This document shows positions 9,205-19,135 of a DNA stretch of 64,000 nt, one piece after another. Where the stretch lies: positions 32,001 to 96,000 of the forward strand of contig JBJHCF010000010.1 in the NCBI GenBank assembly GCA_050506795.1, given 5' to 3'. The notes below the pieces were generated by a model. The model had not been told where the DNA came from. It ran no database searches and saw only the letters and a program-made list of their open reading frames with translations. The stretch is from Opitutia bacterium. GTDB taxonomy: Bacteria; Verrucomicrobiota; Verrucomicrobiia; Opitutales; T3Sed10-336. Within the stretch, counting starts at the first letter, position 1, and each line of letters begins with the position of its first letter. The position numbers and the translations under genes were made by a program.

Positions 9205-10368
9205 GTGGCGGCGGAATCCATACAACAAAACATCCGCGTCGATTTCACCTACCGGGTGCATTTCACCGACGACTTCCTGGAGGCGACCAATCCGTTGCTG
9301 GCCGAAGTTCTGACCCCTCCCTGGCCGGGAGCGCAAGCCACGGCGCTTTTTGTGATCGACCAGGGCCTCCTGCTCCATCACCCGGAACTGATCGAACGGA
9401 TCCAGGCTTACGCCGCCGCCACCCCCCACCTGAAGGTTCCCTGCGACCCGCTGGTGGTGACCGGCGGCGAGGCGGTCAAGAATCGCCTGCGGCCGTTAAC
9501 CAGTCTCCTGCGCGCGATCAATCGGAGCAATCTCGACCGGCACGCCTACGTGGTCGCGATCGGCGGAGGGGCCGTCCTCGACGCGGCGGGATTCGCCGCC
9601 GCGGTGGCGCATCGGGGCATCCGGCTGGTGCGGGTTCCCACCACCGTCCTGGCTCAAAACGATGCCGGGATCGGGGTCAAAAACGGCATCAACGCCTTCG
9701 GCAAAAAGAATTTTCTCGGCACCTTCAGCCCTCCCTGCGCGGTGATCAACGACTTCGCCCTGCTGGACACACTCGACGACGATGAATGGCGTTCGGGTAT
9801 CTCGGAGGCGGTCAAGGTCGCCCTGTTGAAGGATCCCGAGTTCTTCCGCTTTCTGGAGGAGTCGGCGGAGCGGCTGCGTCATCGCGATAACGATGCCATG
9901 CGCTGGCTGATACGGCGATGCGCCGAACTGCACCTGGAGCACATCGCAACCTGCGGTGACCCCTTTGAAACCGGCTCCTCGCGGCCCCTGGACTTCGGTC
10001 ACTGGTCGGCGCACAAATTGGAGGCGCTCAGCGGCTATCGCCTTCGTCACGGTGACGCCGTGGCCATCGGTCTCGCCCTCGACGCCACCTACTGCCGCCT
10101 CTCCGGCATGCTGGCGGAGGAACCGTGGCGCCGCATCATCGGCGTGCTGCGCAACGCCGGGTTCGTTTTGTTCGTCCCGGAACTCAAGGAAAAGCTCGAC
10201 GATCCCGGACATCGCCGCTCCCTCCTCCACGGCCTGGAGGAATTCCGCGAACATCTGGGCGGCCGCCTGACCCTCATGATGCTCACCGACATTGGACAGG
10301 GCATCGAAGTCAACGAAATCGACACCACCCTCGTACACCAAGCCATCCAGGCACTGGAAGGGGTTTAG
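9205..10368 (+). CDS. eboD: 3-dehydroquinate-synthase-like sugar phosphate cyclase, EboD-like
   Basis: GGE..KN, IGGGAVLD..G, PTTVLAQND.GIGVKNG, SRPLDFGHW.AHKLE, LRHG.AVA.G; context with eboC, eboE and eboF. Confidence 0.85.
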   Translation: MAAESIQQNIRVDFTYRVHFTDDFLEATNPLLAEVLTPPWPGAQATALFVIDQGLLLHHPELIERIQAYAAATPHLKVPCDPLVVTGGEAVKNRLRPLTSLLRAINRSNLDRHAYVVAIGGGAVLDAAGFAAAVAHRGIRLVRVPTTVLAQNDAGIGVKNGINAFGKKNFLGTFSPPCAVINDFALLDTLDDDEWRSGISEAVKVALLKDPEFFRFLEESAERLRHRDNDAMRWLIRRCAELHLEHIATCGDPFETGSSRPLDFGHWSAHKLEALSGYRLRHGDAVAIGLALDATYCRLSGMLAEEPWRRIIGVLRNAGFVLFVPELKEKLDDPGHRRSLLHGLEEFREHLGGRLTLMMLTDIGQGIEVNEIDTTLVHQAIQALEGV

Positions 10369-10402
10369 TTCGAATGACGCTCCGTTACGTCTGAAAATCC
10401 CA

Positions 10403-10670
10403 GCCAGGCGAAGTCCCGGCCTGCCGGGATTCCCTTTGCCACTGAGCCGAGCCGGCTGAAGCACCGCACTACCGGTTTTGGATTCCGGGTTCTTTATTTT
10501 GTGTAATCTGTGGTTAGATCTTCTTTGGATCCGAATTTTTTAACCACGAAATACACAAAATACACGAAATGGGAGAGCGGCTTCGCCTCGGTTCTTGGTT
10601 CGAAGGTCTGCACCTTTTCTTAGTTCTTGGTTCTTTTCGCCCCCACGCCCCTCGTCCTCTCGCCCCACCT
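10403..10670. repeat. Mosaic intergenic repeat block, second copy
   Basis: GCCAGGCGAAGTCCCGGCCTGCCGGGAT...GCCACTGAGCCGAGCCGGCTGAAGCAC.GCACTAC (direct repeat of 8011-8103); nonamer array ~10543-10571; GTTCTTG and CCC(A/T)CG heptamers. Confidence 0.85.
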
Positions 10671-10672
10671 TA

Positions 10673-11956
10673 TCACCCCTGCAACACCGACTCCGACACC
10701 GCCGGGGCCGGTTGCAGGCGTTCCATGGCCTCACCGATAAGGTAGATGGACCCGGTGAGCACCACCGTGTCGCCGGGTTGGCCCGCGGTGCACAGGCCGG
10801 GCCCCGGGAAAAGGTCATCGATCAAGGCGCGTTTGACCGGACCGGAGAAAGTTTCCGCCAAACAGGCTTCGAGGAACGCGAACGGCGTGGCCCGCGGCTG
10901 ATTGGCCACCAACAGATGGATTTCCGAAGCGTGACGCGCCAGCACCGCAAACAACGCCCGCGCCCGGTCCTCGCCCAGCGATCCCGCGATCACCACCGGC
11001 TTGCGACCGCTCCGCTCGCGCAGCGTCGTCAGATTGCGGTCGAGCCAGAGGGCGGCTTCCTCGTTGTGCGCGGCATCAACAATCAATTGGCGCCCGCTCA
11101 CTTCCAACCGCTGCCAGCGGCCGTTCCAGGAAACCGAAGCCAAACCCTTTTCCACTGCCTCCGGCGAAACCGGCAACCGTTCCGCCGCCGCCCGCAGGAC
11201 CAGCAGCGCGGTCGCCGCGTTAATGCGCTGGTAATCCCCTTCCAGCGCACAGCGCGGATAGTCGGTCAAATCCGTCCCCCAGGCGTCCTCCACCCGGAAC
11301 ACGGGCGACCCGCGGAAGCGGGCGACTTCCAACACCGCGGTTTCGGCTTCCGGCGCCAGACGGCCCAGCACCACCGGAACGCCGGGTTTGACGATGCCCG
11401 CCTTTTCCACCGCGATCTTCGCCAGGGTGTCGCCCAGCTGCTCACAGTGATCCAGCCCCACCGAGGTGATCGCCGAGACCATCGGCGTCAACACGTTGGT
11501 CGAATCGAGCCGGCCCCCCAGTCCCACCTCCACCACCGCGACATCCACCGCCTCCCGGGCAAAATGAAGGAAGGCCATCGCGGTCATAAATTCGAAAAAG
11601 GTCGGATGAAGCTCCGGATCTCCCCGCGACACCTTTTCCGCCGCTTCTTTCAACTGGGCGGTGTAATCCACGATGGCGGCCTCCGACAAAATTTCGCGGT
11701 TCACCTGCACCCGTTCTCCGAGCCGCACCAGGTGCGGCGAGGTGAATAATCCCGTTTTGCGTCCGGAAGCCCGCAGGATCGCCTCCAGCATGGCACACAC
11801 CGAACCCTTCCCGTTGGTGCCGGCAACGTGCAACGCCGGAAAACGCCTCTCAGGATTTCCCAGCGCCTCCAGAAAGGGCGGCATCCGACCGATCCCATAG
11901 CGGGATCCCCGGTTTCTCAGCCCGTACAGATAATTGCTGGTCGCCTGGTAGTTCAT
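10673..11956 (-). CDS. folC: Folylpolyglutamate synthase/dihydrofolate synthase
   Basis: HVAGTNGKGS, FTSPHL, TFFE, EVGLGGRLDSTN, EKAGI, DAAHN, TGSIYL. Confidence 0.95.
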   Translation of the reverse strand: MNYQATSNYLYGLRNRGSRYGIGRMPPFLEALGNPERRFPALHVAGTNGKGSVCAMLEAILRASGRKTGLFTSPHLVRLGERVQVNREILSEAAIVDYTAQLKEAAEKVSRGDPELHPTFFEFMTAMAFLHFAREAVDVAVVEVGLGGRLDSTNVLTPMVSAITSVGLDHCEQLGDTLAKIAVEKAGIVKPGVPVVLGRLAPEAETAVLEVARFRGSPVFRVEDAWGTDLTDYPRCALEGDYQRINAATALLVLRAAAERLPVSPEAVEKGLASVSWNGRWQRLEVSGRQLIVDAAHNEEAALWLDRNLTTLRERSGRKPVVIAGSLGEDRARALFAVLARHASEIHLLVANQPRATPFAFLEACLAETFSGPVKRALIDDLFPGPGLCTAGQPGDTVVLTGSIYLIGEAMERLQPAPAVSESVLQG

Positions 11957-11968
11957 AAACGGAAGCTC

Positions 11969-12002
11969 TAGGAGTCTGTCGGGCTTCGCCGACAGACTCC
12001 TA
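11969..12002. repeat. Perfect 14-bp inverted repeat (possible collapsed IS/MITE ends)
   Basis: TAGGAGTCTGTCGG-GCTTCG-CCGACAGACTCCTA, 12 bp upstream of the folC start; only a short A run on one side. Confidence 0.7.
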
Positions 12003-12066
12003 AAAGCCTTCCCCGCAAAGCGCAACTCGAGAATCCAAAGCCGGCAAGTGCCGCGGCGGCAGCCGG

Positions 12067-12924
12067 TCAGGACGCCTCCCGGCGCTTCAAATAAAGCGCC
12101 CCCAGGAGAACATGCAACCGCTCCCGCATTTCCGTCCGGGGCACAATCTGGTCGAGCAGACCGTGCTCCAGAAGAAATTCCGCGGTCTGAAATCCCTCCG
12201 GCAAAGCCTGTTGCGTCGTCTCTTTGATCACGCGGGGCCCGGCAAAGCCGATCAACGCTCCGGGCTCGGCCAGAATAACGTCGCCCAGGGTGGCGTAGCT
12301 GGCCATCACCCCGGCCGTGGTCGGGTTGGTCAGCACCGAGATATAAGGGAGCCCCTTTTCCCGTAATCGTCCAAGCGCGGCACTGGTCTTGGCCATCTGC
12401 ATCAGACTGAGAATCCCCTCGTACATGCGCGCGCCGCCGGAAGTGGAAATGACGATGCAGGGAATCCCCTTGTCCGCCGCCCGTTCGATCGAACGGGTCA
12501 CCTTTTCGCCGACCACCGCCCCCATACTGGCGCCGAGAAAACGAAAATCCATCACCGCGATCGAAACCGGAATATCGTGAATGCGACCGGTCCCCGAATA
12601 CACCGCGTCCTTGCGCCCGGTCTTGGACCGGTGCTGCTTGAGCTTATCCTCGTACGACGCCACCCCCTGGAACTTCAGCACGTCCACCGAAACCAGGTTT
12701 TCGTCGCACTCCCTGAAACTGCCCTCGTCGAGGAGAAACGACAACCGCACCTCCGGAGCGATCGGAAAATGGTACCCGCTGTTGGGCACCACCATCTGAT
12801 TCTGCTCCAGCTCCTTTTTGTAAATGATCTCTCCACTGATCGGGCACTTGCTCCAGAGCCCGAACGGGATGTCCTTCTTCTTCACCGTGACGGTGGAGTA
12901 TTTCGGTTTGCTGAATAAAGCCAT
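12067..12924 (-). CDS. accD: Acetyl-CoA carboxylase carboxyltransferase beta subunit
   Basis: [53 protein letters not shown]. Confidence 0.96.
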   Translation of the reverse strand: MALFSKPKYSTVTVKKKDIPFGLWSKCPISGEIIYKKELEQNQMVVPNSGYHFPIAPEVRLSFLLDEGSFRECDENLVSVDVLKFQGVASYEDKLKQHRSKTGRKDAVYSGTGRIHDIPVSIAVMDFRFLGASMGAVVGEKVTRSIERAADKGIPCIVISTSGGARMYEGILSLMQMAKTSAALGRLREKGLPYISVLTNPTTAGVMASYATLGDVILAEPGALIGFAGPRVIKETTQQALPEGFQTAEFLLEHGLLDQIVPRTEMRERLHVLLGALYLKRREAS

Positions 12925-12945
12925 GTTCCTCGCGAATGTTAAAAA

Positions 12946-13680
12946 TCAACCGTGCCCCAACGTCGCCACATCCACTTTCCGGACCCCTTCCCGCCGCAAA
13001 GTCCTCGCGCAGGCGTTCAAGGTTGAACCGGTGGTGAAAACATCGTCGATCAGCACATAACGTTTTTTACGACTCAAAGCCGATTTGGGAGAAATGGCAA
13101 AAGCATTTTTGAGGTTCCCCATCCGCTCCCGACGGTCAAAACGGGTCTGCGATTCCGTATCGATGACCCGCACGAGAACCTCCTCCACCGCCTCGGCTTT
13201 GGCCAGCGACGCCAAAATATCGGCCAGCTCCCGGCTTTGATTAAACCCGCGTTCCCGACGCCTGCGCGGATGCAACGGCACCGGCACCAGGACGGCCCCA
13301 TCCAGAAAAGCGAGCAATTCCTCCGCCCGCTCCAGCACCCGGCGCACGTCCCGCCAGAGATGAATCTCCCCCCGGTACTTGATCCCGTGCACCAAAGCCC
13401 GCACCGGTCCCCGGACCAAAACCCCCGTGCGCCCCCGGCGGTACGCCGGACGCAGCATCAGGCAATGCGGACACGTCCGGTCGGCCTCCACCACCCCAAA
13501 AAACGGATGCCCACAAGTCGGACACGCCGGAGAACGCACCCAGTGAATGCGGCGCGCACACGGCGGACAAAGATGAGGAAAATCCCCGTCCGCCGCTTCC
13601 CCGCAATGCACACACGAACGGGGATACAGCAAATCCAGAAAACAATCCAGGGGTACGGATAAAGAAGAAAACCGGGGCAT
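12946..13680 (-). CDS. comF: ComF family protein (double zinc ribbon plus phosphoribosyltransferase)
   Basis: CxxC pairs, VPVPLH..R.RERGFNQ, LIDDVFTTGSTL. Confidence 0.9.
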   Translation of the reverse strand: MPRFSSLSVPLDCFLDLLYPRSCVHCGEAADGDFPHLCPPCARRIHWVRSPACPTCGHPFFGVVEADRTCPHCLMLRPAYRRGRTGVLVRGPVRALVHGIKYRGEIHLWRDVRRVLERAEELLAFLDGAVLVPVPLHPRRRRERGFNQSRELADILASLAKAEAVEEVLVRVIDTESQTRFDRRERMGNLKNAFAISPKSALSRKKRYVLIDDVFTTGSTLNACARTLRREGVRKVDVATLGHG

Positions 13681-13941
13681 GGGGCACGGCTTTTTCATTT
13701 GGCCTTTCCAGGCCGCGGGAAAAAGCATTTCAGATCGAAAATTTAAAATTTGAGATATTTCGCCAAAGAATGCGGATCAAAGTGAACAAAAAAAACCGTG
13801 AATACGGAGTATGGGTTACCGGGGATTGGTTAGACCCCTTAACTTCGCCGATCGTCGCTGACAAAGACAAACAAAAAGGATCTCCACGATTTGAGGTGGG
13901 CTCCGAAGCAGTGATTTCCAGTAACATGCACCTTTGGAAAT

Positions 13942-13999
13942 GTCCGGCTTAAGCACGGACCTACGGGGCGAAATTCGTAGCGCCCTGCTTAAGCGGGCG
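13942..13999. repeat. GTAG-tagged REP pair
   Basis: GTCCGGCTTAAGCACGGACCTAC (-) and GTAGCGCCCTGCTTAAGCGGGCG (+). Confidence 0.9.
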
Positions 14000-14066
14000 T
14001 CTGTGCGGTATGCGGACGGCACGATCACGCCTTCCCTCCCCCACGCCCCTCGCGCCATCCCCCCTC

Positions 14067-14801
14067 CTACCGATAAAACACCCGGTCCAGGAACAATCCT
14101 TGGGCCGGGGCGGTGGGGATTTCCGCCGTACGAATGCGCTCGTTCAGTACCTCCTCCAGCCGGCCGGGCGACAGTTTGCCCTCGCCCACCCGAATGAGTC
14201 CTCCCGCCAGACTGCGCGCCATGCGGTAGAGAAACCCATCCGCCTCGACCACAAAGCGGACATCGCGTCCACGCCGCATGACGTCCAGCCGGCTCAAGTG
14301 CCGCACCGTGGTCTCCTTTTCGTCCCGGTTGACCGCCGAAAACGCCACAAAATCCCGCTTCCCGGTCAGGCTCGCCGCGGCCGCGGCCATGGCCTCCGTA
14401 TCCAGTTTCCGGTGACTCGCCACCCGGTACCGCGCCTCGAACGGCATCGGAATGCCCTCGTACACATGGTAGGTATACCGTTTGCCCACCGCGGAAAAGC
14501 GCGCATGAAAGGACTCGGGGACCAGGCGCGCGGAGAACACCAGCACCTCGGCCGGCAATCCGGTCCGAAACGCCGCCAGCAACGCCTCGGGCGAATGCCG
14601 CCACTCGGCGTCGAAATGAAAAACAAACCGCCGCGCATGCACCCCGGAATCGGTGCGCGAACTCCCGTGCACCCGCACCGGCTGACGAAATATCTCCCGC
14701 AACCGCCGCTCGATCACATCCTGCACCCCATCCCCCCCGGCCTGGCTTTGCCACCCCTGGAAAGGTCCCCCGTCAAACGCACATACACACTTCCACCGCA
14801 T
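14067..14801 (-). CDS. truA: tRNA pseudouridine(38-40) synthase
   Basis: FDG..F.GWQ.Q, SSRTDSGVHA, FHARFSA..K.Y.Y, GFLYRMAR, TAPAQGLFL..V.Y. Confidence 0.95.
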   Translation of the reverse strand: MRWKCVCAFDGGPFQGWQSQAGGDGVQDVIERRLREIFRQPVRVHGSSRTDSGVHARRFVFHFDAEWRHSPEALLAAFRTGLPAEVLVFSARLVPESFHARFSAVGKRYTYHVYEGIPMPFEARYRVASHRKLDTEAMAAAAASLTGKRDFVAFSAVNRDEKETTVRHLSRLDVMRRGRDVRFVVEADGFLYRMARSLAGGLIRVGEGKLSPGRLEEVLNERIRTAEIPTAPAQGLFLDRVFYR

Positions 14802-14877
14802 AAAAGGCACCCTAACCAATTCCAGCCAACAACCAAGAACGGTTCACGCCTTCTGTTGTCGTTCGTCAAAACGCCAT

Positions 14878-14990
14878 CTCCGGCTTAAAGCACGAGCTAC
14901 GCAAAGTCCCCGTCCCGTAGCGCCCTGCTTCAGCGGGCGAACCAGCCTCACAGTCCGGGAAAAAAGCCTCCGGCTAAAGCACGGAGCTAC
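14878..14990. repeat. GTAG REP triplet (BIME-like)
   Basis: REPs at 14878-14900(-), 14917-14939(+), 14968-14990(-). Confidence 0.9.
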
Positions 14991-15054
14991 GGATTCCCGG
15001 CTCGTCGATTTCAGCGTTTCTTCCACCCCCACGTCCCTCGTCCCTCGTCCCCCA

Positions 15055-15468
15055 TCACCCAATCCTCTGATCCAAAAAATCCTGCAGAATCAGGGCGGCG
15101 GCGTGAGAATCGACCCGGCCGGATTTGCGGTCCACCTTGGTCTTGCGGCGGCGGTAACGCTCCTCGGCCACGCTGGAGGTCAGCCGCTCGTCCACCAGGT
15201 GCACCGGCCCGGCGAAACGGGTTTTCAACGCCTCCACAAATCGGTCCACCTCGCGTGCCTTGAAGCCCACCGAGCCGTCCATGTTGTAAGGGTAACCCAC
15301 CACCAATTCATCGATGCGCTGGTCGCGGATCACTTCTTCAATCCGCGCCCAACGCTCCTCCTCCCGGCTCGCCGTGGCGGCCGGGAGGGGCATGGCGACC
15401 CCGAGGTCATCGCCCCAGCTGAGACCTATCCGCTTTTCGCCGTAATCAATCCCCAGGAAACGAGGCAT
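15055..15468 (-). CDS. ruvX: YqgF/RuvX pre-16S rRNA nuclease
   Basis: LGIDYGEKRIGLS, VVGYP, DERLTS, DSHAAALILQ. Confidence 0.95.
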   Translation of the reverse strand: MPRFLGIDYGEKRIGLSWGDDLGVAMPLPAATASREEERWARIEEVIRDQRIDELVVGYPYNMDGSVGFKAREVDRFVEALKTRFAGPVHLVDERLTSSVAEERYRRRKTKVDRKSGRVDSHAAALILQDFLDQRIG

Positions 15469-15474
15469 CGAGGG

Positions 15475-16563
15475 TCACATCAACGATTTCCATTTCGGGT
15501 CGTCGCCCAGCTTCTTGACCAGCTTCTTGATGTCCTGGGCCTTGTCCTTGGGACAAATCAACGTGGCGTCGTCGGTGTGCACCACGATCAGGTCATCCAC
15601 TCCGCAAACCGTCACCAGGTGGTCGTTGTCGGAGATGACAATATTGTCGCCGCCTCCTTCCACCATCGCCGCGCCGCGCAAGGTGTTGCCCCGGGAATCG
15701 GGCTTAAAGTGCCGCGCCACCGCCGGCCAGGCGCCCACATCGTCCCAGTCGAACTCCGATTCCACCGTGACCACGTTTTCCGCCTTTTCCATCACCGCAT
15801 AATCAATGGATATCTTGTCCAGCCCCGGAAAAATCTCCTCCAACACCGAATCCAACGGTTTGCCTTCGGTCAGGCCGGTCTCGATCTCCCTCAACCCTTG
15901 ATGCAACCCGGCGGTGTGCGCCTCCAGAGCCTGATCGATCGCCGCCACCGTCCAGACAAACATGCCCGCGTTCCAGAAATAGTCGCCGGAATCCAGATAC
16001 TTCTTCGCGGTCTCCAGATTCGGCTTCTCCACAAAGGCCTTCACCTTGTAGACCGAGCGATCGTCAATCTCAGCGGTCTCTTCACCGCGATGAATATAAC
16101 CGTACCCGGTGGCCGGTTCGGTGGGTGAAATCCCGATCGTGACCAGCACCGGGTCCTGCTCCGCCGCCTGGAACGCGGTTTCCATCACCGCCCGGAACCC
16201 GTCCGTGTCCTGAATGACATGATCCGCCGGCAACATGGCCATACAGGCCTCGGGATCGCGACGCTTCACCAGGACCATCGCCAGGCCCACCGCCGCCGCC
16301 GTGTCGCGCCCCACCGGCTCACTGACCACATTTTCGGCCGGCAACATCGGACACACCGAAATCACCGCATCGCGCTGTTCCCGGTTGGTGATGATAAAAA
16401 CGTTCTCCACCGGAACCAAGCCCTCCAATCTTTCCACCGTCTGGGTCAGCATGGGCTTATCCCCGACAATCGGCAACAGATGCTTGGGGCGCCGCAATCG
16501 ACTCTGCGGCCAGAAACGCTCCCCGCGCCCCCCGGCCATGATCACAACAAAACGTTTGCTCAT
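15475..16563 (-). CDS. manC: Mannose-1-phosphate guanylyltransferase
   Basis: IMAGG.GERFWP.SR...PK, EPVGRDTA, PADH, TGYGYI, FVEKP, WNAGMF, SIDYAVMEKA, WDDVG.W. Confidence 0.94.
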   Translation of the reverse strand: MSKRFVVIMAGGRGERFWPQSRLRRPKHLLPIVGDKPMLTQTVERLEGLVPVENVFIITNREQRDAVISVCPMLPAENVVSEPVGRDTAAAVGLAMVLVKRRDPEACMAMLPADHVIQDTDGFRAVMETAFQAAEQDPVLVTIGISPTEPATGYGYIHRGEETAEIDDRSVYKVKAFVEKPNLETAKKYLDSGDYFWNAGMFVWTVAAIDQALEAHTAGLHQGLREIETGLTEGKPLDSVLEEIFPGLDKISIDYAVMEKAENVVTVESEFDWDDVGAWPAVARHFKPDSRGNTLRGAAMVEGGGDNIVISDNDHLVTVCGVDDLIVVHTDDATLICPKDKAQDIKKLVKKLGDDPKWKSLM

Positions 16564-16753
16564 ATACCAAACAACAAACGCCAAACACCAGAAATTGGCA
16601 AACCCGTTCTCTCGCTCCCATCAGCACGGCGAGCCAAATTTGGAAACCGAAACGATCACGTCTGCGAAGGGCTCTCGCCAACCGAACATCCAGGCACGAC
16701 TTCCAAACCCCCTGGTGCCCGGCGGGCTAATGCCCCGGCCGACTCTGCCTTTC

Positions 16754-16978
16754 TCACCATACCCATAGGTCCACGTAGAAACTGAATGGATTCCCGGGAA
16801 GACGCTCATCCAACCACTGCAATGGGAAGTAGATGGTTTCCAACACCTGCTGCACTGGCAATGGGAAAGCATCGTAATACCTAGCAGCGGGACCCAGGAG
16901 GAATAGGTATAAAAGTGGAATGGCTAACGCCCATAGGGGCCCTGAGCCGTTCTTTTCGAGCTCGGTGTCAGTTTGCAT
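16754..16978 (-). CDS. Small hypothetical membrane protein (74 aa)
   Basis: TM segment ending LLYLFLLGP, then IYFPLQWL and a Trp-rich tail; pattern recalled from small PVC proteins. Confidence 0.6.
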   Translation of the reverse strand: MQTDTELEKNGSGPLWALAIPLLYLFLLGPAARYYDAFPLPVQQVLETIYFPLQWLDERLPGNPFSFYVDLWVW

Positions 16979-17181
16979 GGTTTCAGATATACATTCCCCA
17001 AGTTACTTCTGCCGAGGCATGTTAAAGCGTTTCCGGAGAGTTTCGACAACTCCAGGCCCGAGGCGAAATTGCGTTCGGCTCAACCGCTTCAAGGCGATGG
17101 AGCAGATCCAGCTCATGAAGGTCCGCCAGACAAGAGAGCGCCGAAGGAGAGCGGAATCGAGTGTCCGGGCACTCTGTCCTG

Positions 17182-18468
17182 TCATGGCATCCGAATCCTG
17201 TAGAACATCCGTTCCTCGTTGACGCTTTTCCCGGTGTCCCAATGTTCCGTCGCTTCGGTCGCTTCCAAAACATCAACCTCTTCCCACGCCGTGAGGCAGG
17301 AGGAACGCTCGATAATGTAAGCTCGATTGGGGATCAAACCGGATAGAACGACCGAGAATTCGCCATCCGTTGATAGATAGGGTTCCGTGGTGGGCAGCGG
17401 CTCCAGCAAAAAAGCCGCTTGCCTACCATCCTTCCGCCCAGTGCCAACAATCTGACCATGATTGTTGATAGCGGCAGCAATCTCCAAAACCCAATGCGAA
17501 TCCGATCTAGTATAATTATTGAGATCGCGAAGCCCGCCCCTAGTTGAATAAAAGAAGGCGCGCTGGAGATGCCGGGGAAAAAACTCGCTAATGGTTTCTT
17601 CTATATCCGCCTGCCCCACGATTTCCCCCCTCTCGTTCAGGTCGTGAGGGACGCTCGCCGGCCCGCCGAGAGTTCCCAGGCCGTAAACCTTGCCGTCAGA
17701 AAACTTGAAGGCCTGGTCGAAACCGTCCGCCCACCGGCGACCAATAATTGTTCCTTTGTTGTTAATTGCGTAAGCAGTCGCCAAGCCGGGTTTGTCCGCC
17801 AGGTCATCAAGCTTCGAAAGACCATTCTCAGGGTCCCAACGAAAGGCACGCCAATTCATGTTCGAACTGGACCAAAACACCCCGATCCCCACATTGTCAT
17901 CATTCAGCCCGTTAAGTGTGGCGGTGCCGTTACCGGTATCGAGGATTTCGATTTCTCCATCAATAAGGACAAAGGCCCGCCTGCCTTCTTCCGTCTGAAG
18001 CCCCCCGCCAAAGTTTCCGAGATTATTGATCGCGGTTTCAAAGGCATGACGGCCTCCGTCGTAGGATGGCGCCAAATCGCGAACTTCGTCTCCCTCCCAG
18101 ACAACTGTTAGGCTGTCGTCATGTGTATCATTGATCGCATAAACCCGGCCAACGATCTGTCCGTGGTCGTTAATTCCCCAGCCATCGGCGCTCCGATAAC
18201 CTTCGGGTTGAGGAAGAACGGTGACCTCTCCGGCCTGCCAGCGAAAGGCCCGGTGCAAATACTCATCCATGTCTTCAGGGTCGTTATCGAAGAGACTACC
18301 GACAATCATGCCGTCATCGTTGATGCCGCGGGGATTCAAGAAGGAATAGCCTTCTGGAGGCAATAGTTCCGTCACGCGATACGTCACCTGAGCGGACGAA
18401 ACCAATGGAGCGAGCAAAACGGACCCAGCAGCACCTGCCAAAAACTTGTATAAATGGAAACATTTCAT
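17182..18468 (-). CDS. Secreted HAF-repeat protein with C-terminal FYRI-type domain
   Basis: Signal peptide (MKCFHLYKFLAGAAGSVLLAPLVSSA), repeats of IN(D/N).G.IVG...(R/H)AF, GLGTLGG, DLN; ends ...ERSSCLTAW...RMFYRIRMP. Confidence 0.85.
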   Translation of the reverse strand: MKCFHLYKFLAGAAGSVLLAPLVSSAQVTYRVTELLPPEGYSFLNPRGINDDGMIVGSLFDNDPEDMDEYLHRAFRWQAGEVTVLPQPEGYRSADGWGINDHGQIVGRVYAINDTHDDSLTVVWEGDEVRDLAPSYDGGRHAFETAINNLGNFGGGLQTEEGRRAFVLIDGEIEILDTGNGTATLNGLNDDNVGIGVFWSSSNMNWRAFRWDPENGLSKLDDLADKPGLATAYAINNKGTIIGRRWADGFDQAFKFSDGKVYGLGTLGGPASVPHDLNERGEIVGQADIEETISEFFPRHLQRAFFYSTRGGLRDLNNYTRSDSHWVLEIAAAINNHGQIVGTGRKDGRQAAFLLEPLPTTEPYLSTDGEFSVVLSGLIPNRAYIIERSSCLTAWEEVDVLEATEATEHWDTGKSVNEERMFYRIRMP

Positions 18469-19135
18469 ACTCGGAAAAGGTAATTGATTGATAAGAAATC
18501 GTTTTTCAGGCGGCGCGGGCCCCCCCGCGCTGGAACCGGTCTTAAGGGGCGCTTTAATGGAGAAGATCCATCGGAAAGCGGACGGAAATGTCAAGCCCTC
18601 CAATCCGGCTCCAGCAAACTGGAAGAGGTCTTGTGCTCTTGATGCGCCCCCCTTCCAAGGCCCTGGAAATCCGCTTCTACCCGGTGGTGGGCTACATGGG
18701 TTCAACAGGGACGGTCAATGGGGAGGGGAAAGGGAGTCAGTCCAATTTCTCATGGTTTTGGACTCTGATGACAACTGCGGTCTTCCCTTCCAACACCGAC
18801 GCCAATACGTCACAGACAGGAATGTCTGCGTCACGGGTTTCGGTTGGGCGAACCAGGAAGCAGACCGAGCCGCCGTTTTCCTGCTCCGCCATGAATTTTC
18901 CCGGATCCACAAGGGATCCGCGTCTTCCAAAGGCCGTTCCGACGGCCACTATTCACTGCGAGCGGGACGGAAGCCCACATCGTTGAGGCGGAAGCCCGGG
19001 TGGAGGATGAGGCTGTACGCCAAGCGGCAGGTGCTGGCGTTGCCGTTCCAACCGCCTCCCCGGAACCCCCGGTCCGAGCCCGAAGCAGCCCAAGGGGCAC
19101 TGCATGATTGATTCTTAAGTCACTGACTATCAGTA

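Noticed and set aside
9205..10368. Housekeeping aroB
   Set aside because: The ebo context and QND.G.GVKNG/RPLDFGHW motifs fit EboD better; no shikimate genes are nearby.
13730..13940. Small ORFs or an sRNA in the AT-rich gap between comF and truA
   Set aside because: No motif, terminator or coding bias that I can support.
18488..19111. Integrase gene next to tRNA-Leu
   Set aside because: No convincing R-H-R-H-Y motif in the frames read; at best an unrecognisable remnant.
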